Of a stretch of DNA of 64,000 nucleotides, positions 37,905-52,060 are shown in pieces. The DNA is from Malacoraja senta. Lineage: Eukaryota. The stretch is from assembly GCA_038087875.1 (NCBI GenBank), contig CM075999.1:4466001-4530000 (forward strand), read 5' to 3'. The position numbers and the translations under genes were made by a program. The notes beneath the pieces were generated by a model, which saw nothing but the letters and a program-made list of their open reading frames with translations, made no database searches and had not been told where the DNA came from. Every line of letters starts with the position of its first letter. Within the stretch, counting starts at the first letter, position 1.

Positions 37905-40900
37905 AACAGAGGAAGCCAAAGGGGTTAGTTAAGAGGGGGAAAAAAGAGAATGAAAGAAAGTTTGCGGGGAATATAAAAATTAAAAGCTTCTTCAGATATG
38001 TAAAAAGGAAAAGATTAGTGAAGACAAATGTAGGTCCCTTATAATCAGAGACAGGGGAATTTATAATGGGAAACAAGGAAATGGCAGAACAGTTAAACGA
38101 GTACTTTGGTTCTGTCTTCACTAAGGAAGACACAAACAATCTCCCAGAAATACTAGGGGACCGAGGATCTAGTGGGAGGGAGGAACTGAAGGGAATCCAC
38201 ATCAGTCAGGAAATGGCGTTAGGTAAACCATTGGGACTGAAGGCAGATAAATGCCCAGGGCCTGATGGTCTGCATCCCAGAGTATTCAAGGAGGAGGCCT
38301 ACAAATCGTGGATGCATTGGTGATCATTTTCCAAGGTTCTCTTGACTCGGGATCAGTTCCTGTGGACTGGAGGGGTGCCAATGTAACTCTACTTTTTAAG
38401 AAAAGAGAGAGAAAACAGGGAATTATAGACCAGTTAGCCTTACAGCAGTAGTGGGGAAGATGCTCGAGTCGATTTTTAAAGATGTTATAGCAGCGCATTT
38501 GGAAAGCAGTGACAGGATCGGTCAAAGTCTGCATAGATTTATGAAGGGGAAAATCATGCTTGACTGAACTTCTGGAATTTTTTTAGGATGTAACAAGTAG
38601 AACGGATAAGGGAGAGCCAATGGATGTGGTGTATCTGGAATTTCAAAAAGCCTTTGACGAGGTCCCACACAAGAGATTAGTATGCAAATTTAGAGCACAT
38701 GGTATTGGGGGTAGGGTATTGACATGGATTGACAAGTGGTTGGCAGACATAAAGCAAGAGTAGGACTTAACAGGTCCTTTTCAGCATGGTAGGCAGTGAC
38801 TAGTGGGGTGTCGCAAGGCTCATTGCTGGGACCCGTTATTTACCATACAATAGACAATAGGTGCAGGAGTAGGCCATTCGGCCCTTCGAGCCAGCACCGC
38901 CATTCAATGTGATCATGGCTGATCATCCCCAATCAGTACCCCTTTCCTGCCTTCTCCCCATATCCCCTGACTCCGCTATCTTCAAGAGCCCTATCTGGCT
39001 CTCTCTAGAAAGTATTCAGAGAACTGGCCTCCACCGCCCTCTGAGGCTGAGAATTCCACAGACTCACAACTCTCTGTGAGAAAAAGTGTTTCCTCGTCTC
39101 TGTTCTAAATGCCTTACCCCTTATTCTTAAACTGTGGCCCCTGGTTCTGGACTCCAACATCGGGAACATGTTTCCTGCCTCTAGCGTGTCCAAACCCTTA
39201 ACAATCTTATATGTTTCAATAAGATACCCTCTCATCCTTCTAAACTCCAGAGTGTACAAGCCCAGCCGCTCCATTCTCTCAGCATATGACAGTCCCGCCA
39301 TCCCGGGAATTAACCTTGTAAACCTACGCTGCACTCCCTCAATAGCAAGAATGTCCTTCCTCAAATTAGGAGACCAAAACTGCACACAATACGCCAGGTA
39401 TGGTCTCACTAGGGCTCTGTACAACTGCAGAAGGACCTCTTTGCTCTTATACTCGACTCCTCTTGCTATAAAGGCCAACATGCCATTCGCTTTCTTCACT
39501 GCCTGCTGTGCCTGCATGCTTACTTTCATAGACTGATGAACAAGGACCCCCAGATCCCGTTGTACTTCCCCTTTTCCCAACTTGACGCCATTTAGATAGT
39601 AATCTGCCTTCCTGTTTTTGATACCAAAGTGGATAACCTCACATTTATCCACATTAAACTTCATCTGCCATGCATCTGCCCACTAGCATCCTCCTCACAG
39701 TTCACACTGCCAACCAGCTTTGTGTCATCTGCAAATTTGCTAATGTTACTTTGAATCCCTTCATCCAAATCATTGATGTATATTGTAAATAGCTGCGGTC
39801 CCAGCATCGAGCCTTGCGGTACTGCCTGCCATTCTGAAAGGGACCCGTTAATCCCTACTCTATGTTTCCTGTCTGCCAACTAATTTTCTATCCATGTCAG
39901 CACTCTACCCTCAATACCATGTGCCCTAATTTTGCCCACTAATCTCCTATGTGGGACCTTATCAAATGCTTTCCGAAAGTCCAGGTACACTACATCCACT
40001 GACTCTCCCTTGTCCATTTTCCTAGATACATCCTCAAAAAATTCCAGAAGATTAGTCAAGCATGATTTCCCCTTCATAAATCCATATTAACGATTTAGAC
40101 GAGGGAATTAAATGTGACATCTCCAAGTTTGCGGATGACACAAAGCTGGGTGGCAGTGTGAGCTGCGATGAGGATGCTATGAGTCTGCAGGGTTACTTGG
40201 ATAGGTTGGGTGAGTGGGCAGATGCAGGGCAGATGCAGAACAATGTGGATAAGTGTGATGCTATCAACTTTGGTGGCAAGAACAGGAAGGCAGATTATCA
40301 GATGAATGGTGTCAGATTAGGAAAAGGAGAGGTGCAATGAGACCTGGGTGTGCTTGTATATCAGTCACTGAAAGTAAGCATGCAGGTATAGCAGGCAGTG
40401 AAGAAAGCTAATGGCATGTTGGCCTTCATTGCGAGAAGATTTCAGTTTAGAAGCAAGGAGGTCCTACTGCAGTTGTACAGGGCCCTGGTGAGACCGCACC
40501 AGGAGTATTGTGTGCAATTGTGGTCTCTTAATTTGAGGAAGGACATTATTTCTATTGAGGGAGTGCAGCATAGGTTCACCAGGTTAATTCCCGGGATGGC
40601 GGGATTGACGTATAATTAAAGAATGGGTCGACTGGGCTTGTATTCATTTAAGATGACGGGATCTTATAGAAACATATAAAATTCTTAAAGGATTGGACAG
40701 ACTAGATGCAGGAAAAATGTTCCCGATGTTGGGGGAGCCCAGAACCAGGAGTCACAGTTTAAGAATAAGGGGTAGGCCATTTAGGACTGAGATGAGGAAA
40801 AAAAAAATTCACCCAGAGAGTTGTGAATCTGTGGAATTCACTGCCACAGAAGACAGTGGAGGCCAATTCACTGGATGTTTTCAAGAGAGAGTTAGATTTA

Positions 40901-41047
40901 GCTCTTATGGCTAAAGAAACCAGGGGATATGGGGAAAACACAGGAACCGAAGACTGATTTTAGATGATCAGCCATGATCATATTGAATGGCGGTGCTGGG
41001 TCGAAGGGCCAAATGGCCAACTCCTATACCCATTTTTCTATGTTTTT
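37905..41047 (+). mobile_element. CR1 LINE interrupted by a nested opposite-strand CR1
   Basis: RT remnants 38066-38845 continue at 40086 (ttaacgatttagac...KFADDTK). Confidence 0.88.
38848..40085 (-). mobile_element. Nested younger CR1 LINE
   Basis: ORFs 39005-39664, 39661-39879 and 39880-40077; (ctattgt)n tail; ccata at both junctions. Confidence 0.92.
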
Positions 41048-42396
41048 GATATGCCTTTATATATTGTGTCTAAACAGTCCAAACATACTTATAATCAGTA
41101 CCCCAACCTGTAAACAGGTTGTAATAAAAAGGAGTTGCAGATGCTGTTTTGTACAGACCCAATGGGTCCTGGCCCAAAACATCACCTATCCATTTTCTCC
41201 AAATACTGCCTGACCCGCTGAGTTACTCCAGGATTTTGTGTCTATCTTTGGTAAACTGGTTAATATTTGCAATTAAATACTGCAGACCTATCGCAAAGGC
41301 ATCAGATCCACCCCTCCTGAAACAGTCATGCATGCAGGAGACATACTGTCATTAATTCTATTCCTATAAATTGTAATGCAAAGGAATCTGATCAGATTTT
41401 CTCTGATATCAGGTCATTTAATTTGATACAGACCCCAAAATACTTCAAAAGTAAACATGAAAGGGAGATTTCAGACTCAAGAGAAACAACAGGTTAATGT
41501 TCGGAAATACTTAGGGCCCTCTGATATCTAACCCCCAAAGTCTATTTTCTGACACTATTGCATAGAATATAGTTTTATCATTTAACTTCATACATACAGT
41601 TGCAGAAGCAAGCAAATACAACAGAAATACAGGAGTTCATTTCAAATACTCTCTACCAAGAAATCCCAATTCGATCCGTGCTGGGTGTAGTGTTGCATGT
41701 AACCCTAAGTCATACAGCGTGGAAACAGGCCCTTCAGCCCAACTTGTCCACATCAAACAACACGTCCATCTACACTAGTTCCACCTGCCTGCGTGTGGCC
41801 CATATCACTCTAAACTTGTCCTATCTGTGCTTGTCTAAATGCTTTTTAAATGTTGCGATAATACCTGCCTCAACTACCTCCCCCGGCAGCTTGTACCATA
41901 CACCCAGCACCTGTGTGATCAAAGAAATGGGAGCCAATAGAATTTGTCTTGAAGTGGTTAATAATTGCCTCTGCAGTTCCCATACTGTGGTAGATGCACA
42001 GATTCGGGGAATTGAGAACCAGAGGATATAGTTTAAGATGAGGGGGGAAAGATTTAATAAGAACCTGAGGGGTAACTTTTTCCCACACAAAGGGTGGTGG
42101 GTGTATGGAACAAGCTGCCATAGGAGGTAGTTGAGGCAGGGACTATCCCAATGTTTAAGAAACAGTTAGACAGGTACATGGATAGGACAGGTTTGGAGGG
42201 ATATGGGCCAACACAGGCAGGCGGGACTAGTGTAGCTGGGACATGTTGGCAGGTGTGGGCAAGTTGGGCCGAAGGGCCTGTTTCCACGCTGTATCACTAT
42301 GATATGTACAATAATAGCTATAGGCTTAAATTCCATTTGGTTATTTCACTCTGATACAGGAAATATTCCGATAAACATTATAGTTGAATTCTGTTA

Positions 42397-42654
<258 letters not shown>

Positions 42655-43193
42655 TTAGGCATCCTGAATTTACATGCTGCGTATTTCACATTTCCAAACA
42701 GAGAGCATTCAGCCTCATTTGCGCTGTCAGTAAGGAACATCATGAAGATGAGGTACAGAAGGTACAAGTTGCTAACAGATTTCAATGGCAAATCATCATT
42801 ATAGGTTAGTCAAAGATATTTAGTTCCTTTGTACAAGAGCAGGAAAATTAGTGCTCAAGTAATTAACAACATTCAAGCACTGGTCTTTATTGCCTGGGCA
42901 ACAGACTGCAAGAGTAAGGAAGGCTTAATTCAATGTGCAGGCTTTTGCCGAGATTAAATCTGGAGCACTGTCCATTCATCAAGCCTTCCAATTTAAGGAA
43001 GGATAAAATTACCTTAAAGACAGAGCAATTAATGTTCACTAGATAGATTCCTGGAAATTATGATGAAATGTTGAGGCCTGTACTATAAAAGCAGCGTGGA
43101 TGCTGTGTCCTCAAACATGGTTAAGGCAAACACAGATAGATCCTTGAATTAAATGGGAATAGTTGGGGATCAAGCAGATAATGTAATTAGATT

Positions 43194-43600
43194 CAAGTCA
43201 AGTCACATTTATTTATATAGCACATTTAAAAAACTCTCGTTGGCCAAAGTGCTTTACATTTGTATAAGAATAGTATAACAAACAAACAACATACATATAG
43301 CCCTCGCTCAGAGGACGTCAAGAAAGGCTTGGGAGTACAGATGGATTTTTAGTCTCGACTTAAAGGAGTCGATGGAGGGGGCAGTTCTGATGGGAAGAGG
43401 GATGCTGTTCCACAGTCTAGGAGCTGCAACCGCAAAGGCGCGGTCGCCCCTGAGCTTATGCCTAGACCGCGGGATATTCAGCAACCCCAAGTCGGCCGAT
43501 CTGAGGGACCTGGAGGTGGTGTGGTGGGTGAGCAGACTTTCAATGTAGGTGGGGGCAAGCCCATTGAGGGCTTTGTAGACATGAAGGAGGATCTTGAAAT
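43194..43600 (-). mobile_element. L2-clade LINE 3' fragment (same family as 30170-30817)
   Basis: GLLNIPRSRHKLRGDRAFAVAAPRLWNSIPLPIRTAPSIDSFKSRLK, near-identical to the other copy. Confidence 0.9.
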
Positions 43601-43911
43601 TTATTCAGATCCTCCTTCAGAAGATTCAGAGTTGTTCAGCATGGAAACAGGCCTTTGGAACACTTCTCCCTTAAAACTCTGTACATACTACACAGGGATT
43701 GGAATAGACTGAAGATGCTCTAATGCACCCAAGGTTTATAGATCCGATGGTCTTTTGTCCTTTAGCATGCAGCCAAACCAACCAATGGTACATAGTTCCC
43801 ACTCCCAGGCGAGATAATTTATTATCAGATACAGATATAAAATAACTTAAACCGCAAGTGTCACAGCGCTAGGTGATATGGTCTGCCGACCTGTCTGGAA
43901 CCATCAGATTA

Positions 43912-44103
<192 letters not shown>

Positions 44104-44199
44104 TTACAGTTGGTACCAAACTTACATTGCATAATTTCAAGTGAAAAATAAAATATTTTTCTGAACTTGCAATTTCAGCATGTTATGAAAATAAAATTC

Positions 44200-44695
44200 A
44201 GGACCATATCTGAGGAAGGATGTGCAGGCCCTGGAGAGGGTCCAGAGGAGGTTTACAAGAATGATTCCAGGAATGTGTGGGTTAACATATGATGAGTGCT
44301 TAATAGCACTGGGCCTTTACTCGCTGGAATCTAGAAGGTTGAGCGGGGTCCTTATTGAAACTTACAGAATAATACAACGCATAGACAGGGTGGATGTGGA
44401 AAGGATGTTTCCACTGGTGGAAGAGTCTAGGACCAGAATTAAAGGTGAGGAGGAACCTCTTTAGTCAGAAGGTAGTTAATCTGTGGAACTCATTGCTACA
44501 GAGGGCCGTGGAGGCCAAGTCAGTGGATATTTTTAAGGCAGAGATAGACAAATTCTTAATTAGAATGGGTGCCAAGGGTTATGGGGTGAAGGCAGGAAAA
44601 TGGGATTAGGAGGCAGAGATCAGCCATGATAGAATGGCAGAGTAGACTCAATGGGCCGAATGGCCTAATTCTACTATAACTTGTGAACTTGTGAC
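44200..44695 (+). mobile_element. CR1 3' fragment
   Basis: ALERVQRRFTRMIPG; (cttgtgaa)n tail. Confidence 0.85.
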
Positions 44696-44870
44696 CACTG
44701 AATCAACATTTTACCAGTAAAAATCATTTAATAGAGGAATAATAAAAGCAACTCGAAGAAAGGGCTGGGAGGGAAGAATCATACAACATTGCAGTGATGA
44801 TATTCATAGGTTCATAAGATAGGAGCACAATTAGGCCATTGCCTTCTCCCCATAACCTTTGACACCCTTA

Positions 44871-45319
44871 AGGGCTTGTCCCACGGGCATGCGACTCCAT
44901 GCGGCAAGCGCGACCTAACTGGAAGCGGGAGCCGCGCGGAGGTCGAGTGATCCCCGTACAGGGCCGGTCCCACCAGCATGCGGCTGCATGCGGCAAGCGC
45001 GACCAAACCGGAAGCGGGGGCCTCGTGGAGGTCGAGTGAGTGACACGGGAAGTTCGCGCGTGACGCATGGCGTCAAGACGCTGCGTACGGCGTCGTGACA
45101 ATGCGCACGACCCGTCAAGGCGGTGCGTACGGCGTCGAGGCGGCTGCGGGCCGGCAGGCCGGCGCCGCGTGGAATTTTTTAACACGGTCAGTCTTTCGGA
45201 GCCCCGCACGATGTCGGGACTAGCTCCGCACAACTCCATACGGCTCCGGCGGTCGAAGTGGGACCGGCCCCGCGAGGCCGTACGGCTCAAGCGACCACGA
45301 CGCCCGTGGGCCAGGCCCT
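44871..45319. mobile_element. PIF/Harbinger-type MITE, CpG-rich, nested in a minus-strand CR1 (~44810-45905)
   Basis: TIRs AGGGCTTGTCCCACGGGC / GCCCGTGGGCCAGGCCCT with TTA target duplication (44868-44870 / 45320-45322). Confidence 0.85.
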
Positions 45320-46697
45320 TTACTAATTAAGAATCTGTCAATCACTTCAAAAATACCCACTGATGGTCTTTACAGTCACCTGAGGCAATAAATTCCAGAT
45401 TCACCACCCTCTGACTAAAAAAATTCCTCCTCATCTCCTTTCTAAAGGTACGTCATTTTATTCTGTGACTGCCCACTCGCCTTAGACTCTCCCACTAGTG
45501 GAAACCTGCTCTCCACATCCACTCTATCCAGGCCTTTCACTATTCAGAAAGTTTTAATGAGGTTCCCCCTCATCCTTCTAAACAACGTTCTTGCAATCCA
45601 CCCCTGAACCCTCTCCAACGTCAGCACATCCCTCCTCAGATATGTGGCCCCAAAAGTGGTCACAACATTCCAAATGCAGTTTGACCAGTACCTTAAAGCT
45701 TCAGCATTATATTCCTGTTTTTATATTCTAGTCCTCTCAAAATAAATGCTAACATTGCATTATCCCATCTTACTACCACAGTTCAACTTGTAAATTAGCC
45801 TGAGTGAATCCTGCACCAGCACTTCCAAGTCCCTTTGCACCTCCAATTTCTGAATATGTCCCCATTTAGAAAATAGTCTACACCTTTATTCCTACGATCA
45901 AAGTGCATGGCTGAGCTGTAGGACTCTATGGTTCTATTCAACTTGGCAATTTAGTTCAGAATCATGAAGTTGTAAGGAATTGTAGATGCTGGAATTTTGA
46001 GGAAAACACAAAGTGCTTGAGGAATTCAGCAGGAATGGACAGGCAATGTTTCAGGTTGGGATCCTTCAAACTGATTGGAGTAGCAAGGGAAAAGCTGGAA
46101 CAGAAAGGCGTGCGCAGGACAAAGCGTGGCAAGTCATAGATGTAGGCGAGGGCTCTGATCGTGTGAATTAAGAATAAGGGGTAGGCCATTTAGGACTGAG
46201 ATGAGGAAAAACTTTTTCACCCAGAGAGTTGTGAATCTGTGGAATTCTCTGCCAGCAGTGGAGGCCAATTCACTGGATGTTTTCAAGATAGTTAGATTTA
46301 GCTCTTCGGGCTAAAGGAATCAAGGGATATGGGGAAAAAGCAGGAATGGGGTACTGATTTTGGATGATCAGCCATGAATGGCCTACTCCTGCACCTATTT
46401 TTCTATGTTTCTATCTGAAACATCACCTGTCCATTCCTCCCCAGATGTAACCTGACCCAGAGTTCATCCAGCAGTCTGGCAGGGATTTGCCATGCCAAAG
46501 AAAAACTGGTTGATGTGAGATGTGGCACAAATTCTATGCTGTCCAACTTTTTAATAACAAAACTCAGGTTGACTATTTTTCCAGATACTGTGCATGATTG
46601 ATTAACACATTGTAATATCAACACAGTAATTAGCTTGTGTGCTGATTGTAGTTGGCAGCCTGAATAACGATCATACATTTTACACCATTCTGCTCAC

Positions 46698-46789
46698 CAT
46701 ATCTGCATATTTTTTGCAGAGTGCAGCAAGCTTCTCCTCCGGGGTACTCAAAGTGTTTAACGTCTGCATCAGTAACGTAATTTCCTTTC
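46698..46789 (-). CDS. TXLNA: Alpha-taxilin coding exon 2 (92 nt)
   Basis: cag|GA AAG GAA ATT ACG...: (G)KEITLLMQTLNTLSTPEEKLAALCKKYADM|gtgag. Phase matches the previous exon. Confidence 0.97.
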
Positions 46790-47181
46790 CTGAAAAATAG
46801 GATCACGTATTAGAAATGTAACGGGAAGAACGTCTTTCAACAGTCGATCAATGTTTGAAAATTCCCCAACATATTTTGGTCTTTAGTTCTTCTCACCTTT
46901 ATGAGGAGAGAACATGACAGAATCAGCAGGGTTAAGGTGGTGGTGGTGGTGGTGAGCTAAAGGGTGGTGGCAGAGCCAATGGCTCCATAAAAAAATCGAA
47001 GTCAAAACTAAGCATGCACAAGCTGCTTTTGAGCAGCAAAACTATCCTCCACAATACACTACCTTGCAGCTCAATATATCCCTCACAATATGCAAAACAC
47101 TGCAGCTGTTTAAAATTGTGAAATAAACAGAAAATTGTGGAATCACTCAGTACATCAACATCTGTGAAAGAAATGGTTATT

Positions 47182-48240
47182 TTAGAAACATAGAAAATAG
47201 GTGCAGGAGTAGGCCATTTGGCCTTTCGAGCCTGCACCGCCATTCGATATGATCATGGCTGATCATCCAACTCAGTATCCTGTACCTGCTTTCTCTCCAT
47301 ACCCCCTGATCCCTTTAGCCACAAGGGCCACATCTAACTCCCTCTTAAATATAGCCAATGAACTGGCCTCAACTACCTTCTGTGGCAGAGAATTCCAGAG
47401 ATTCACCACTCTCTGTGTGAAAAATGTTTTCCTCATCTCAGTCCTAAAAGATTTCCCCCTTATCCTTAAACTGTGACCCCTTGTTCTGGACTTCCCCAAC
47501 ATCGGGAACAATCTTCCTGCATCTAGCCTGTCCAACCCCTTAAGAATTTTGTACGTTTCTATAAGATCCCCCCTCAATCTTCTAAATTCTAGCGAGTACA
47601 AACCGAGTCTATCCAGTCTTTCTTCATATGAAAGTCCTGACATCCCAGGAATCAGTCTGGTGAACCTTCTCTGTACTCCCTCTATGGCAAGAATGTATTT
47701 CCTCAGATTAGGAGACCAAAACTGTACGCAATACTCCAGGTGTGGTCTCACCAAGACCCTGTACAACTGCAGTAGAACCTCCCTGCTCCTATACTCAAAT
47801 CCTTTTGCTATGAATGTTAACATACCATTCGCCTTCTTCACTGCCTGCTGCACCTGCATGCCTACTTTTAATGACTGGTGTACCATGACACCCAGGTCTC
47901 GTTTCATCTCCCCTTTTCCTAATTCAGATAATAGTCTACTTTCCTGTTTTTGCCAGCAATGTGGATAACCTCACATTTATCCACATTATACTGCATCTGC
48001 CATGCATTTGCCCACTCACCCAGCCTATCCAAGTCACCTTGCAGCCTCCGAGCATCCTCCTCACAGCTAACACTTCCCCCCAGCTTCGTGTCATCCGCAA
48101 ACTTGGAGATGTTGCATTCAATTCCCTCGTCCAAATCATTAATATATATCGTAAATAGCTGGGGTCCCAGCACTGAGCCTTGCGGTACCCCACTAGTCAC
48201 TGCCTGCCATTGTGAAAAGGACCCGTTTACTCCTACTTTT
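47182..48240 (-). mobile_element. CR1 LINE, 5'-truncated
   Basis: ORFs 47272-47907 and 47919-48200. Confidence 0.93.
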
Positions 48241-51200
48241 AACCCGATGTTCTTTCAGAAGAGCAGTTGTGATGAAATTTATTGATCTAAATGTCAACTT
48301 TGTTTCTCTCCACTGATGCTGCCTACATTCCTGGCGTTTACCATTTGCATATTTGTTGCTAATATTATCACTAAGCCAAAAGATCAAAGGAATGATGTGG
48401 AGGATGACATGAATATCGCAAGATGTATCTTAAATTGAAACGTCAAACTAATGGCACAACATAGGATACACGGATACTATTTGGATAAGAACGTACATGG
48501 CATGATGCAAGTTTGCAAATGACACCAAAGTGGGTAGACACCAAATGCTATGGGAAGGAATGGGTGACGTTTCGGCTCAAGACCTTTCTCGACCTGAAAT
48601 GTCACCCATTCCTTCTCTCCAGAGATGCTGCCTAGCCCACTGAGTTACACCTGAGTGTCTATCTTTGGTGTAAACCAGCATCTGCAGTTCCTTCCTACAT
48701 TAAAGTGAGTGGTAGACTCAAAATGCTGGAGTAAAATGCGGGCAGGCAGCATCTCTGGAGAGAAGTGAGTGTTATTGTAAATGGTGATGATGATGATTGC
48801 CAGAAATTGCAGCAGGATCTTGATTGGTTGGGAAGGTGGGCTGCGAACATTGATGGAATTTAATAAAAAGAAATGTGAGGTATTGCATATTGGGAAGTCT
48901 AACAAGGGCCAGACCTGCACAGTGAACGGTAGGGCTCTGGGGAGTATTCTAGAGCAGAGGGGTCAAGGAGTGCATGTACATAGTTCCTTGAAGGTGGTGT
49001 CACAGGTAGGTGGGGAGATCAAAAAGTCTTTTGGCACATTGGCCTTCATCAGTCAGAGTATTGAGTATAGAAGTTGGGAGGACATGTTACAGTTATACGT
49101 TGGTGAGGCCACATTATTATGTTCAGTTTTGGTCACCATGTTATAGGAAGACTTGTTGTCAAGCTGGAAAGGATGCAGAGAAGATTTACGAAGATGATGT
49201 CAGGACTCGAGGGCCTGAGCTACCGGGAGAGGTTGTGCAGTCTTGGGATTTATTTCTTGGAGCGCAGGAGGATGGGGGTGATCTTAGAGAGATGTAGAAA
49301 ATCATGAGAGATCAGGTAAACACATAGAGTCTTTTACCCAGAGTAGGGGAATCAAGGAACAGAGGACGAGGTTTAAGGTGAGGGGGGAAAGATTTAATAG
49401 GGACCTGAAGAGTGACTCCATGACTCTAAAGTCTGACATTGCATTGGATATATCAAGGCTTCCACAACATCATATCTCATTTTGCAGGCCTACTTGCACC
49501 ATTAGCCAAGTCTCACTGTACAGACATTTTGCCATCCATTTGACAATGCAAAATTTCTCCAGATATACCTAAACCAGAAAAAGTACAAGCATAGTGAATT
49601 ACCAGAGACACAAGAGACTGCAGATGCTGGAGTTTTGTTCTGGAGGAACTTTGTGGGTCAGGTGACAATTGCAGAGGGAAATGGACAACTCACATTTCGT
49701 GTTGGGACCCTTCTTCAGACAAATTAAGGCCTGATCTATTTCCCCCCACAGATCGTTCAAGTTCACGTTTATTGTCACTTAGCCAACTAAAGTACAGTGG
49801 AATTTGAATTACCATACAGCCATACTAAGTAAAAAGCAACAATACACACAGCCACATAAAATAAAATTTAACATAAACATCCAACACAGTGGAATCCACA
49901 TTCCTCACTGTGATGAAAAGCAAGATGCTTCCTCGCCCATTGAGTTCCTCCAGCAGTTTGTCAATCAATGTTCACTCTGTTTACCTTCATTTTCAAAACA
50001 TGTGATGGAAGGCATCACTCTCTAGTTTAGTTTAGAGACACAGCACGGAAACAGGCCCTTCTTCCCGTGCCGACCAGTGATTCCCATACACTAATGCTCT
50101 CCTACACACTAGGGACAATTTACAATTTTACCGAAGTCCATTCACCTACAAACCTGTACGCCTTTGGAACGTGGGAGGAAACTGGAGGACCTGGGGAAAA
50201 CCCACGTGGTCACGGCAGGAACGCACAAACTCCATACAGGCAGCACCTGTAGTCAGTATCGAACCCAGGTCTCTGGGGCTGTGAGGCAGCAACTCTATCG
50301 CTGTGCCACCATCTAGGTAACTATTTCCCAATGCTCAGCTAGTGTTCACATCTTGGCTCTTGAGCTTTAACACACCAAGATCTTTCCACCATATAAATCA
50401 CAAATGGGATCATGATGGAATAGATTCCCATTCGGCTGGAACAGTCAACAAATCTTAAGCTGAACATCATCGACTTGATTGGCATCCTCTCAACCCCTCC
50501 ACTTGCTAACCATAACAGAATATGGTCTATATCCCTCTATTCTGTACATGTTCATATGTCTAAGTGCCTCTTAAATATTGCTATCGTATCTGCTTCCATC
50601 AGCAAGTACCACTGTGTAAAAAACGTGCCTCAATCTCCTTTAAACTTATCCCTCTAAATTCAAATCTATGCTTCTATTCTTACGCAACACTTAAATTTTA
50701 TATACTTCTGTCAGCTTCGACACTCCAGTCCCAGACAAAACAATCCAAGTCTCTCCAAATTCTTCTTTCCTTCGAGACAAATCTTGCTGAACTGCTTTGG
50801 CACCGTCTCCAAAACCTCCACATGATTTCCTGTGATGCGTTGACCAGAACTGCATGCAATACTCTAGAAGTGACCAAGCCAAAGTTTTTCCAGGTGCAAC
50901 ACAATTTCCCAACGTTTGTAACTAATTCCCTGATGGATAAAGGCAAGTGTACCATATGCCCTCTTTACTACCACATCTATTCATGCTTAAGAAAGAACTG
51001 CAGATGCTGGAAAACTCAAAGGTAGACTAAAATGCTGGAGAAATTTAGTGGGTGAGGCAGCATCTATGGAGCAAAGGAATAGGTGATGTTTCGGGTCGAG
51101 ACCCTTCTTCAGACCCTGATGGATAAAGGCAAGTGCATCATATGCTCTCTTTACTACCATATCTATTCATGCTGTCACTTTCACCCGTGGCTTACACTCC

Positions 51201-51449
51201 AGGATCCATCAGTGTATCACTGCTTCCAACGATCCTACATTCATGGCATTCACTGCATTTACATTTCTTTCCTCTCAGCATAAAACTATGGCTTCTAGTG
51301 TTAGACTCTCCCACCCAAGGAAAGATAGTGTCTATTTAACCTATGTCCCTCATAATTTTATAAACTACAAGATCACCCCTCAGCCTCCTACATTCTAGTG
51401 AAAATAGTCAAAGTCATACAGCACGGAAATAGAAATGTTGACCTAACCA

Positions 51450-52060
51450 GGTTTAATAATAATAATACATTTTATTTATAGGGCGCCTTTCAGGACTCTC
51501 AAGGACACCTTACAATTAAAACAAGCATGAAACAAAAACAACATATACAGCAACAATACACAATTCGGAGAGAGAGCAGCGGCAGCCAATCGCGCTAGCG
51601 TTCACTCTCGCCTCCAGCAGCCATGTTATCCGAGCCATCTGCAGCACACCAATAAAAATAAAACACAACAGTAAAGAATTTAACATAAAACATAAAAACA
51701 TCTCCCCACAATGGTTCCCACTGTGAGGGAAGGCAACATAGTCCAGTTCTCTGCCTCCTGTTCACCCATGGTCGGGCCTGTTGAGGCCTCCGCAGTCGAC
51801 GCAAAGGCGGCCCGATGTTACAGGCCCTCTCGCCGGATGATGGAGCTCCGGCGTCGGGAGAACACTCTCAGCGGCTTGGAGTGTCTGGAACGGCCGCTTC
51901 CTCTCCGGAGACCACGGCTCCCGAAGTCCACAGGCCGCGCTGGTCGATCTCGGCGAGAGATCCCAGGCTCCGCGGTGTTTAAAATTAGCGGCGCCCGCAG
52001 CTGGACACTCCGCAACGACACCTCCGGAGCTTACCGCACGGCGACCCGGGTAAGGCATTG
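51450..52060. repeat. Unclassified GC/CpG-rich interspersed repeat next to an L2-like tail
   Basis: Abrupt composition change; (aat)n plus tttatttatagggcgcc tail at 51454-51515. Confidence 0.45.

Noticed and set aside
44812..45330. GC-rich ORFs suggesting an exon or foreign gene
   Set aside because: Almost entirely within a TIR/TSD-bounded MITE; no recognisable protein.
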